Shown: positions 19,858 to 28,748 of the stretch, piece after piece
Numbering within the stretch: the first letter of the stretch is position 1
Layout of the letters: each line of letters begins with the position of its first letter
Assembly (NCBI GenBank): GCA_041161475.1
Contig: JBEAUL010000075.1
Coordinates: 1-55,005, forward strand
Source: Pseudomonadota bacterium
GTDB lineage: Bacteria; Pseudomonadota; Gammaproteobacteria; UBA6186; Azoamicaceae
Length of the DNA stretch: 55,005 nt
Direction of reading: 5' to 3'
Notes under the pieces: model-generated
The model's database searches: none
Told to the model about the DNA's origin: nothing
Seen by the model: the letters and a program-made list of their open reading frames with translations, nothing else
Translations under genes and position numbers: made by a program

Positions 19858-22829
19858 GGAATGTCGGGATTATCTTTATGAGATTTCAAATCGTCTTCAA
19901 GCAATGCATCCTGTTCAAATCGTTTATCAATGGATTTTTTTTCAATATTATTCTGTTTTTCTTGATATTGTTTGTAGTACGTTGTAATCAAGCGTTCCTT
20001 TGTTTTGATGATCTCCAATGTGTTTAATTCGCCAGGGGGCTTTTTTTTGGATTTGAGTTTATCTAATTCTTGTTGAAAATTTTTATTAAAATCATCGATG
20101 TCTTTGGAGAGCCGCTCACGTAATCGAGATGTTGCAAATTGTTTAATCGTTGTTTTGTCATGTATATCTAAGGCTCTATCGTTCTGTTCATCTAACCATT
20201 CTTTTATGATATGTGGTTCATCTTTTAGCTGTTTTTCAACGACTAATATTTCTGGTAAAACAGCCTCTTCTAGCTGTTTTTCAACGACTAATGTTTCTGG
20301 TAAAACAGCCTCTTCTAGCTGTTTTTCAACGACTAATATTTCTGCTAAAACAGCCTCTTCAAACGTCTTGTATCCATGTTTGTGCAGAATCGCATCGATT
20401 ATTTCTTCCGTTTCTCTAAATCCTTTGGGAACCATATCAAAAGCCATGTCAGATAGCCATTTTTCAAATCGGTTGAGTGATTTTCGACTTTTATGTAGGT
20501 CTTTAGCTACCGCAGAAATGGGTGCATAGGGAATATGAGTACCCTCAGTAATGGCGTGATTAACACTGGTATCAAATTTTTCTCCGATTTCGTCTACTGC
20601 TTGCTGTATAGCCGGAAATAAGGTGCAGGCTAAGCGTTTAAAAAATAAATTGAGTCCAGTGATGGCATTCCCTTTTTCACGCTCTTTTTTTATCCAAATG
20701 TCAAAGCAAGGTATTCTTTCTTCACGATTCGTTTTAATGGCATTATTAAAGACATTGACTATATCTGTTTTAAAATTAATGGTTATATAGGGTAAAAACA
20801 GGGTTGCGCCAACACCCATTAAGGTGGGTATCACCAATGCAGGTAAGCCAGGGATGGCAAACGACAGTAAGCCCAATATTAAGGCGGCAGCAAATGCTAA
20901 GTTACCAAAAGTTCTTAAGAATACCCATTTTCGATCTTTGAGTGGATCGGTTGATTTAGGCTCTGGTCCAATCAGTTCTTTTTGTTCCTCTATAAAATTG
21001 TTTTGTTGCTCGATGGGATGCCTTGAATTCACATTATTAATGGCTTGCTCGAGTAATGCTTGTTTTTTGACGGATTCATTTTCCGCAGTAATGGTTGTAT
21101 CGGCAACAAATAACCGTCTAAACTCATTTGCCACAGCGCGTTGGTATCCACGAAATCTACGGTGCATGTTATCGAGTGCTTTATTTGCTTTATCGATTTC
21201 TTCTTTTGTTGAAGAAGGATATTTTTTTTTGAATTCTTGGATATCGTCTTCTAATATTTTAGAAAATTTTTCCGTGGCTTGTGCTTTAGAGATGTTGTTA
21301 ATGGTCATACATTCTAGTACACCTTCTTCAAAATTAGCATACCGCCTATTTGCTAGCATCGCTGAAACCATTTTCTCTTTTTCTTGAAATTCAGCCAATT
21401 TTTTTGAAATGGGAAAAGTTCTTGACCACCCTTCCTTTATTTTGTTAAACAAGTTGTTTAGTTTTAAGGTTGAGCTGATTTCACGCAAATCTAAAAATTC
21501 ATCGCTTATTTCCGACAAGGCTGTTTTTAGATTTGAAACAAAGTCAGAGAATGCGCGTGCGGTTGCAGGTAAAATAATCAGTTGTAGACGGGCATTTAAG
21601 TAACTGGGGCTAAATATAGATTGAAAAATATCATTTTCGACACACCACATATCAAATACCGGTTCTTTTTCTTTGGTGTAATGTGTTGCTATTTTTTTGA
21701 TAGAACGATAGGTATCTAATTTAAAATTAATCACAGCATATGTCGCAACCATAATGGCGCCAGATAACATCATGCCAGCGATAATCGTGGCAGGTAAAAT
21801 GGGAAAAGCAATGGATGCGGCCAAGGTGCCCACAATCCCGATTAACAAAGTAATACTACCAACGGTTCTTAGAGGCACCAAGCTACGTTCATTCCCTTTT
21901 TTCTCAATCAGTTCTGCTATTTCGGTCGGGGTGAGCGGATTTCTTTTAGGAGCAATGGCTTGTAGCTTGGAAATAAGGGTTTTAATGGCTTTTTCTCTTA
22001 TTTTTTCATCCTCTGTCGTTTGAGACAGGTGCACAACATGTTCTGATATTTCTTTGTCTTCTACTTCATGCGGTTTATCTTGTCCCTTTTGTTTTGCTTG
22101 CATCTTTTGCATCTTTTGCAGTACCAGTTTCATTTTTTCATGGTGTGCAATTTCAGCGTCTAGCGCTTCGGAAAAAGAATGGAAGCCGAGTTTTTCGATT
22201 CGTTTTTGATAATCCAGCATGGCATCAGACAAGTGACTGTCTGGATCGTAACCGGCTAAATTGCCGAGTAAATGACTTAAACGATACAGTTTAATTCTTG
22301 TATCAGAAAGTTGTGTAACATAGCTCATGCTGAGAGAAAGCTCTTTTAAGGCGAATTGTGTTTGTATTAAAAAAATAGAAATGGCTTTAGAGGCCGCTGG
22401 TATATAAAAATGTCGTAGGCGGGCCCATTTTTCCTGAAACCAGTTTAACGGAGGTGTTTGGCTTTTAAGCCAAATTTCATATTGAAGTCTTTGTTCGGCT
22501 CGTGTGATTTCGCTCCATACAAACAGGTCTCGGGTAATACCGTAGAAAAAATTACTGCCAACATAAGTCCCAAGCATGCCGACACCGGTGGTCATGACAA
22601 TAAGTGCAATACCCGCTATCTGCAGTCCCGGTATAAAAAAGCTGATGACACCCAATAGTGTGCCTGCGAGCAAAGACAGATTGCCCAATATGCGCAGTGG
22701 CGTTAAGACTCTGTCATTACCGAGAGCAGTTTTTTTGATAACGGGCATATGCAGATATTCCAATTTGTCGTAAATAGCTAAAGTATTTGACTTACTTAAC
22801 GCAAAATTGGTTCCTAACAGACCGATCAT
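19854..22829 (-). CDS. large orphan membrane/coiled-coil protein with three repeated hydrophobic-hairpin modules
   Basis: The 991-codon frame is uninterrupted in AT-rich DNA. Three paralogous modules each contain a two-helix hydrophobic hairpin, at about aa 46-95, 322-369 and 640-686. The linkers are charged and heptad-like. The alternative start is Met28 (22748). Confidence 0.7.
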   Translation of the reverse strand: MIGLLGTNFALSKSNTLAIYDKLEYLHMPVIKKTALGNDRVLTPLRILGNLSLLAGTLLGVISFFIPGLQIAGIALIVMTTGVGMLGTYVGSNFFYGITRDLFVWSEITRAEQRLQYEIWLKSQTPPLNWFQEKWARLRHFYIPAASKAISIFLIQTQFALKELSLSMSYVTQLSDTRIKLYRLSHLLGNLAGYDPDSHLSDAMLDYQKRIEKLGFHSFSEALDAEIAHHEKMKLVLQKMQKMQAKQKGQDKPHEVEDKEISEHVVHLSQTTEDEKIREKAIKTLISKLQAIAPKRNPLTPTEIAELIEKKGNERSLVPLRTVGSITLLIGIVGTLAASIAFPILPATIIAGMMLSGAIMVATYAVINFKLDTYRSIKKIATHYTKEKEPVFDMWCVENDIFQSIFSPSYLNARLQLIILPATARAFSDFVSNLKTALSEISDEFLDLREISSTLKLNNLFNKIKEGWSRTFPISKKLAEFQEKEKMVSAMLANRRYANFEEGVLECMTINNISKAQATEKFSKILEDDIQEFKKKYPSSTKEEIDKANKALDNMHRRFRGYQRAVANEFRRLFVADTTITAENESVKKQALLEQAINNVNSRHPIEQQNNFIEEQKELIGPEPKSTDPLKDRKWVFLRTFGNLAFAAALILGLLSFAIPGLPALVIPTLMGVGATLFLPYITINFKTDIVNVFNNAIKTNREERIPCFDIWIKKEREKGNAITGLNLFFKRLACTLFPAIQQAVDEIGEKFDTSVNHAITEGTHIPYAPISAVAKDLHKSRKSLNRFEKWLSDMAFDMVPKGFRETEEIIDAILHKHGYKTFEEAVLAEILVVEKQLEEAVLPETLVVEKQLEEAVLPEILVVEKQLKDEPHIIKEWLDEQNDRALDIHDKTTIKQFATSRLRERLSKDIDDFNKNFQQELDKLKSKKKPPGELNTLEIIKTKERLITTYYKQYQEKQNNIEKKSIDKRFEQDALLEDDLKSHKDNPDIP
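20226..20360 (-). repeat. 3 x 45-bp in-frame tandem repeat inside the 991-aa ORF
   Basis: The units at 20226-20270, 20271-20315 and 20316-20360 differ by 1-2 nt. They encode EEAVL(A/P)E(I/T)LVVEKQL three times. Confidence 0.95.
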
Positions 22830-22959
22830 TTATTCGATGTAGGTCTAAATGAATAAAAAAAAGAATCTGTTTCTTGGCTATCCTAGAAGACGATTTATGT
22901 GCGATAATTTCGCTTACTTTTTAATCCGCATGAGCGCAATAATCTAGGGTGGTACAGTG

Positions 22960-24075
22960 ATGGCAAATATCGACCGTATGGGCATGAAACAACAAACAGT
23001 TCCCGATCATAAAAAAAAGGCATTGAGTGCAGCTTTTGCCCAAATTCAAAAGCAGTATGGTAACGATGCCATTATGTTGATGGGGTCTAAGGGGCCGATT
23101 GTGCCAATCGAAGCCATTTCAACCGGGATTTTAGGATTGGACTTGGCTTTAGGGATTGGTGGTTTGCCTAAGGGACGCATTGTTGAAATTTTTGGCCCAG
23201 AATCTTCTGGTAAGACAACCTTAACCTTGCAAGTTATTGCAGCTTGTCAGCGCGCCGGTGGAACAGCTGCCTTTGTGGATGCAGAGCATGCCCTAGATCC
23301 GATTTATGCGGAAAAATTAGGTGTTAAGGTAGAAGAATTACTTATTTCTCAACCAGATACGGGTGAGCAAGCCTTAGAAATTACGGATATGTTGGTGCGT
23401 TCGGGTGCCGTTGATGTTGTGATTATCGATTCAGTTGCAGCACTGACGCCGAAAGCAGAGATTGAAGGAGAAATGGGCGATCAACACATGGGGTTACAAG
23501 CCCGTTTAATGTCTCAAGCTCTAAGAAAGCTGACTGCCAATATCAAGCGTTCAAATACTTTGGTCATTTTTATTAACCAGATCCGCATGAAAATTGGCGT
23601 GATGTTTGGTACACCAGAGACAACGACTGGGGGTAACGCGCTAAAATTCTATGCATCTGTGCGTCTGGATATACGCCGTACCGGCTCTATTAAGAAAGGG
23701 GATGAAATTTTAGGGAATGAAACCCGTGTAAAAGTTGTCAAAAACAAAGTTGCCCCTCCTTTTAAACAAGCTGAATTTGAAATTTTCTATGGCAAAGGCA
23801 GCTGTAAATTCGGTGAGTTAATCGAATTTGGGGTAAAGCTGGGCTTGGTTGAAAAGGCTGGCACCTGGTATAGTTACCAGGGAAATAAGATTGGGCAAGG
23901 CAAAGACAATGTACGTCAATACCTGGAGCAACACCCAGAGATTGCCAGCATCCTAGAAAAAACAATCCGCGATCAAGTGTTGTCTCCAACAGCATTGGCC
24001 ACGAATGTTAAAGAAGCCGTCATAGAAGAGGGTGAGCTCGAGGACAGCGAGTTGCTAGAAACAGCAGAAGTCTAA
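22960..24075 (+). CDS. recA: recombinase RecA
   Basis: Walker [10 protein letters not shown] is present and the protein is full-length colinear with RecA. ATG 22960 has GGGTGG 7 nt upstream; Met at 22984 is also possible. Confidence 0.95.
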   Translation: MANIDRMGMKQQTVPDHKKKALSAAFAQIQKQYGNDAIMLMGSKGPIVPIEAISTGILGLDLALGIGGLPKGRIVEIFGPESSGKTTLTLQVIAACQRAGGTAAFVDAEHALDPIYAEKLGVKVEELLISQPDTGEQALEITDMLVRSGAVDVVIIDSVAALTPKAEIEGEMGDQHMGLQARLMSQALRKLTANIKRSNTLVIFINQIRMKIGVMFGTPETTTGGNALKFYASVRLDIRRTGSIKKGDEILGNETRVKVVKNKVAPPFKQAEFEIFYGKGSCKFGELIEFGVKLGLVEKAGTWYSYQGNKIGQGKDNVRQYLEQHPEIASILEKTIRDQVLSPTALATNVKEAVIEEGELEDSELLETAEV

Positions 24076-24118
24076 ACAACAGAAAAGACGTATCGGGTAT
24101 CACAAAACAGAGGCCAAT

Positions 24119-26722
24119 ATGAAAACAGCAGAGATTCGCAAAGCCTTTTTAGATTATTTTGCACAAAAAAAACATACGATTGTACAAAGTAGTGCGCTGG
24201 TACCCGAAAATGATGCCTCTTTGCTGTTTACGAATGCAGGTATGGTGCAGTTCAAAGAAACCTTTCTTGGGATAGAACACAGGCCCTATCAATGTGCAGC
24301 ATCTAGTCAGCGTTGTGTACGTGCTGGCGGTAAGCACAACGATTTAGAGAATGTAGGGTATACAGCTCGACACCATACTTTTTTTGAAATGTTGGGTAAT
24401 TTTAGTTTCGGGGCTTATTTTAAGTCTCAAGCAATTCATTATGCCTGGGATTTTTTAACCCAGGTATTAAAGTTGCCCCCAGAAAAACTATGGATTACGG
24501 TGTACCAGGATGATCAAGAATCTGCGGATATTTGGCTAACAGAAATTGGCATCTCTTCTGAACGTCTCTCTCGCTGTGGTGAAAAAGACAACTTTTGGGC
24601 CATGGGGGATACAGGTCCTTGTGGCCCCTGTACAGAAATTTTTTACGATCATGGACCCAGTATTCCAGGCGGTCCTCCTGGTTCAAAAGAAGAAGATGGC
24701 GATCGATATGTCGAAATTTGGAATATTGTTTTTATGCAGTATAATCGAGATGCTGCAGGCAATTTACTCCCCTTGCCAACCCCTTCGGTAGACACGGGAA
24801 TGGGTTTAGAGCGCATTGCTGCTGTGATGCAAGGTGTACACAGCAACTATGATATTGATTTATTTCAAGCCTTAATTCGTTCAGCAGCCGATATCATTGG
24901 TGTTAAAAACACGTCTCTTCAAGCGCTAAAAGTATTGGCTGATCATATTCGTGCTTGTAGTTTTTTAATTGCAGATGCTGTGTTACCAAGTAATGAAGGG
25001 CGTGGATATGTGTTACGTCGTATTATGCGCCGAGCCATTCGTTACGGTTATCAATTGGGTCAAAGAGAACCTTTTTTCTATAAGCTTGTGGATACCTTGG
25101 TGAAAGAGATGGGAGAAGCGCACCCTCTCTTGGTTCAACATCAAGCGCGAATCAAGACCGTGATAGAACAAGAAGAAAAACAATTTGCTAGAACCTTGGA
25201 GCAAGGCGTACGCTTGTTAGAACAGGCAGTACAAGAGACGGTGGGCACACAGTTAGCAGGGGATCTGGCCTTTAAATTGTATGACACCTACGGTTTTCCC
25301 ATAGACTTAACAGCGGATATGTTACGACAAAAAAACATGACCGTTGATTTATCTGGATTTGAGTCTTGTATGGCTGAACAACGCAATCGGGCGAGGGCGG
25401 CAAACCAATTTCAATTTGAAGCAGTCAAAGAGCTGTCTATTAAAGTACCACCCACTCAGTTTGTCGGCTATGAAATGCTTGAGAACTCAGCAGAGGTATT
25501 GGCTTTGTTGGATGAACAACAACAATCCGTCAGCCAAATTATCCCAGGTGTGATGTCAGTGGTTATTTTAGATAAAACCCCTTTTTATCCAGAATCCGGT
25601 GGTCAAGTGGCTGATAAGGGCGTATTGCAATGGACTCAAGGCAGTGGCACTGTTGCGTTTGACGTGCTAGATGTGCGTCGTGTCGGTGATACTGTCCTGC
25701 ACATGGGGCATTTAAAAAACGGGGAATTATCTGTTACCCAAACTGTGCTGGCCCGTGTTGAACAAACGCATCGTCGCCCAACAGCACGCAATCATTCCGC
25801 AACCCATTTATTGCACGCAGCATTGAGAACAGTATTGGGTGAAGCCGTGGTCCAAAAAGGATCGCTGGTGGAACCATTGCGCTTACGGTTTGATTTTGCC
25901 TATCCCCAGCCGGTATCAGTTGAACAACTTTTAATGTTGGAACAGTTGGTTAATCACCATATTCAGGAAAACACCGCGGTGCATACCAGTGTGATGCCAA
26001 TCGACCAGGCCAAAAGCAAAGGGGCGCTGGCTTTGTTTGGTGAAAAATATGGCGATACGGTGCGTGTTTTACAAATGGGCGATCAGAATTTTTCAGTAGA
26101 GCTGTGTGGTGGAACCCATGTATTGCGTACAGGGGACATTGGTTTTTTCAAAATTGTCTCAGAATCTGGCATAGCAGCTGGTGTGCGTCGCATAGAAGCC
26201 ATCACTGGTGAATCAGCGGTATTATATCAACAAGACATAGATCGCTCTTTAACTCGGATTGGGATGCAATTTAAGGTTGCCAAGCAAGAGGCAGAAGAAA
26301 AAGTGGCTCAAACGCTACAGAAAGTAAAAATGCTAGAAAAACACATTGAGCGATTAGAGCAACGACAAGTGCAGGCAATGGTGCAACAATTGGCTGACAA
26401 GGGTGTGGGCCCTATTCTGACAACCGTAGATCTAGATCCAAAATATCTTCGGGATGTCGCCACAAAATTACGGGACAGAGTGAAACCCGCTGTTGTAGTA
26501 TTGGGTGCTGTTCAGGCTGAAAAAGTATTTTTAGCCGTTGCCATTGGTGCCGAGCAGCAGGGATTGGATGCGCGTCAAATGATAAATAAGGTTGTGACGT
26601 TCTTAGAAGGCAAGGGAGGAGGCCGACCGGATTTTGCACAAATTGGTGGTCAAAACCCAAAAGGATTAGAACAGGCATTCCAGACACTGAGACAATACAT
26701 CAGTGACAATACTTCGGTATAA
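24119..26722 (+). CDS. alaS: alanine--tRNA ligase AlaS
   Basis: Class II motifs (HHTFFEMLGNFSFG) and the editing-domain motifs HSATHLLH and CGGTH are present in an 867-aa protein. Confidence 0.95.
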   Translation: MKTAEIRKAFLDYFAQKKHTIVQSSALVPENDASLLFTNAGMVQFKETFLGIEHRPYQCAASSQRCVRAGGKHNDLENVGYTARHHTFFEMLGNFSFGAYFKSQAIHYAWDFLTQVLKLPPEKLWITVYQDDQESADIWLTEIGISSERLSRCGEKDNFWAMGDTGPCGPCTEIFYDHGPSIPGGPPGSKEEDGDRYVEIWNIVFMQYNRDAAGNLLPLPTPSVDTGMGLERIAAVMQGVHSNYDIDLFQALIRSAADIIGVKNTSLQALKVLADHIRACSFLIADAVLPSNEGRGYVLRRIMRRAIRYGYQLGQREPFFYKLVDTLVKEMGEAHPLLVQHQARIKTVIEQEEKQFARTLEQGVRLLEQAVQETVGTQLAGDLAFKLYDTYGFPIDLTADMLRQKNMTVDLSGFESCMAEQRNRARAANQFQFEAVKELSIKVPPTQFVGYEMLENSAEVLALLDEQQQSVSQIIPGVMSVVILDKTPFYPESGGQVADKGVLQWTQGSGTVAFDVLDVRRVGDTVLHMGHLKNGELSVTQTVLARVEQTHRRPTARNHSATHLLHAALRTVLGEAVVQKGSLVEPLRLRFDFAYPQPVSVEQLLMLEQLVNHHIQENTAVHTSVMPIDQAKSKGALALFGEKYGDTVRVLQMGDQNFSVELCGGTHVLRTGDIGFFKIVSESGIAAGVRRIEAITGESAVLYQQDIDRSLTRIGMQFKVAKQEAEEKVAQTLQKVKMLEKHIERLEQRQVQAMVQQLADKGVGPILTTVDLDPKYLRDVATKLRDRVKPAVVVLGAVQAEKVFLAVAIGAEQQGLDARQMINKVVTFLEGKGGGRPDFAQIGGQNPKGLEQAFQTLRQYISDNTSV

Positions 26723-26886
26723 AAAATAAACACTTGTAGTACCAAGTAAAAGCAATAAGTTGGCACGAATCTTTAATGAAAAAAGTATGGTTAGGCATTT
26801 TTTCTCGTGCGTTTACACGGGTTGTATAAAATGGGTGGGTATGTGAGAATGAGGCATTTTATGGCAGGGAACACCGGACGTACGCT

Positions 26887-28164
26887 ATGGCGTTGATGGT
26901 TCAGAAATATGGTGGCACGTCGGTCGCAACGGTTGGGTTGATTCGGCATGTCGCAAAAAAGATAAAAGAAACCCGATTGGCAGGGCATGATGTGGTTGTC
27001 ATTGTTTCTGCAATGGGGGGAGAAACCGATCGATTAGAGAATTTGGCAAAAAGTATTTCAAATGAACCTAATCCGAGAGAGCTTGATGTGTTATTGGCAA
27101 CTGGTGAACAGGTATCGGTTGCTTTGCTGAGCATGGCCTTGATGGAGGAGGGAGTGGAAGCCATTTCAATGCTGGGCCATCAAATTCCGATTGTTACTGA
27201 TGGTGTTTTTAACCACGCACGTATTGTTGAAATTGCCGATACGACGATTCATCAGGCATTGGGTGCTGGAAAAGTGGTCATTATTGCCGGTTTTCAAGGC
27301 GTAGATAGGGATGGACAGCTCACTACTTTAGGGCGCGGAGGGTCTGATACCACAGCAGTGGCAATAGCGGCCGCGTTGGGGGCAGATGAGTGCCAGATCT
27401 ATACCGATGTAGAAGGCGTTTATACGACCGATCCGAAAGTGGTTACAGAGGCGCGACGTATTCCTTCTGTCACGTTTGAAGAGATGCTGGAGCTGTCGAG
27501 TTTGGGGGCTAAGGTATTACAAAGCCGAGCGGTAGAATTTGCGGGAAAATATCAGGTACCTGTGCGCGTTTTGTCGACATTTGCGCCGGGTCAGGGAACC
27601 TTAATCACGCATCAATCGGGTTGTTCGGACATGAGTCGTTCAGTGATTTCTGGTATTGCATTTTGTCGCCGACAGTCAAAACTGGGCATAAAAGGCATTC
27701 CGGATAAGCCGGGGGTGGCTGCAAAAATATTAGGCCCTCTGGGGCTTGCGAATATTGAAGTCGATATGATGGTACAGAATATCGCACGAGAAGGACGTCT
27801 AGACTTTATTTTTACGGTTTCCCGTAGAAATTATAAAAAAGGATTAGAAATTATTCAGTCGATTGCCGAATTTGTTCAAGCAGAAGAGGTAACCGGTGAA
27901 GAACAGGTGGCCAAGTTATCACTGATTGGGGTGGGCATGAATTCTCATCCGGGTGTTGCGAGTCAGATGTTTGAAGTCTTAGGTGCTGGAGACATCAATA
28001 TTCATTTGATTGCGACCTCAGAAATAAAAATTTCAGTTGTGGTAGACGAAAGTTGCTTGGATTTAGGGGTTCGCACCTTGCATGAAGCGTTTTCATTGCA
28101 TGCAGACCCACAAGAGGTTGAGTTAAACGAACATTCAACCATCAATAACATAAAAACAATGTAA
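26887..28164 (+). CDS. lysC: aspartate kinase LysC (two ACT domains)
   Basis: The N-terminal VQKYGGTS motif and a C-terminal ACT pair are present. The gene follows the alaS-lysC-csrA order. Confidence 0.9.
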   Translation: MALMVQKYGGTSVATVGLIRHVAKKIKETRLAGHDVVVIVSAMGGETDRLENLAKSISNEPNPRELDVLLATGEQVSVALLSMALMEEGVEAISMLGHQIPIVTDGVFNHARIVEIADTTIHQALGAGKVVIIAGFQGVDRDGQLTTLGRGGSDTTAVAIAAALGADECQIYTDVEGVYTTDPKVVTEARRIPSVTFEEMLELSSLGAKVLQSRAVEFAGKYQVPVRVLSTFAPGQGTLITHQSGCSDMSRSVISGIAFCRRQSKLGIKGIPDKPGVAAKILGPLGLANIEVDMMVQNIAREGRLDFIFTVSRRNYKKGLEIIQSIAEFVQAEEVTGEEQVAKLSLIGVGMNSHPGVASQMFEVLGAGDINIHLIATSEIKISVVVDESCLDLGVRTLHEAFSLHADPQEVELNEHSTINNIKTM

Positions 28165-28201
28165 ACGTAAAGAAATAAAATAAAGGGAAGGAGATTGGCG
28201 T

Positions 28202-28441
28202 ATGTTAATTTTAACCAGACGAGTTGGTGAGACAGTCATCATTGGTGATGAAGTCATGGTCACCGTATTAGGAGTAAAGGGGAACCAGGTCCGTATTGGC
28301 GTGAATGCGCCTAAAGACGTCTCTGTACATCGTGAAGAAATTTATCAACGTATTCAACGTGAAAAGGTCAGTGGCTTAGAAAAAGCGCTACATGAAGCGA
28401 AAGCGGCGCATCATCAGCACGATGAAGACGAAGACGCTTAA
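28202..28441 (+). CDS. csrA: carbon storage regulator CsrA with an ~18-aa acidic/His-rich C-terminal tail
   Basis: [12 protein letters not shown]...[25 protein letters not shown] is the canonical CsrA core. The tail ...[15 protein letters not shown] is extra. Confidence 0.9.
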   Translation: MLILTRRVGETVIIGDEVMVTVLGVKGNQVRIGVNAPKDVSVHREEIYQRIQREKVSGLEKALHEAKAAHHQHDEDEDA

Positions 28442-28549
28442 TTTTCATCCATTTTTTATAATACAGGGCTAGATTTTTGCGCGTCATTTTGGTAGACTCT
28501 AGCCCAGTCCTTGGCTTAAATATATCGCATATTAGAGCAAAAGGGCGGA

Positions 28550-28642
28550 GGAGAGATGGCCGAGCGGCTGAAGGCGCTCCCCTGCTAAGGGAGTATGGGG
28601 CCAAAAGCTCCATCGAGGGTTCGAATCCCTCTCTCTCCGCCA
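28550..28642 (+). tRNA. tRNA-Ser (anticodon GCT)
   Basis: The 93-nt class II tRNA has acceptor GGAGAGA/TCTCTCC, anticodon loop CTGCTAA, a long variable arm, T-loop TTCGAAT and an encoded CCA. Confidence 0.9.
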
Positions 28643-28748
28643 TATCGTTATCCAATTAGAATAATAAAGAATATTTATATCCCAATTTTTCATCCAGATA
28701 TTTTTGCTATGATAGACCGAACATCAATGTTCGGCAAGGAACTGCTGA

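Noticed and set aside
20226-20360. Possible CRISPR-like array (three near-identical 45-bp units)
   Set aside because: The units are directly adjacent with no spacers, are in frame within a long ORF, and no cas genes are present. This is a coding minisatellite.
20098-22773. Several plus-strand ORFs (for example 20098-20529, 20824-21387, 21754-22023) antisense to the 991-aa gene
   Set aside because: They are short and low-complexity, and they mirror the repeats of the minus-strand gene. Only the minus strand gives one uninterrupted 991-codon frame with coherent hydrophobic-hairpin and coiled-coil organisation.
22830-22956. Searched for a LexA/SOS box (CTGT-N8-ACAG) upstream of recA
   Set aside because: Only half-sites are present and neither has the partner half at the right spacing. 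I reported this as an absence under findings rather than as a feature.
26723-26886. Possible lysine (L-box) riboswitch upstream of lysC
   Set aside because: The 164-nt leader is too short and lacks the conserved L-box helices and motifs that I can recognise by eye. I did not call it.
28466-28505. 8-bp inverted repeat GGGCTAGA...TCTAGCCC with a 24-nt loop between csrA and tRNA-Ser
   Set aside because: It could be a csrA terminator or part of the tRNA leader, but no U-tract follows and a loose stem-loop of this size can arise by chance. I did not call it.
28368-28659. ORFs 28368-28655 (-) and 28477-28659 (+) overlapping tRNA-Ser; likewise 53775-54272 (-) ORFs over the tRNA array
   Set aside because: They coincide with well-folding tRNA genes and have no SD or recognisable protein features.
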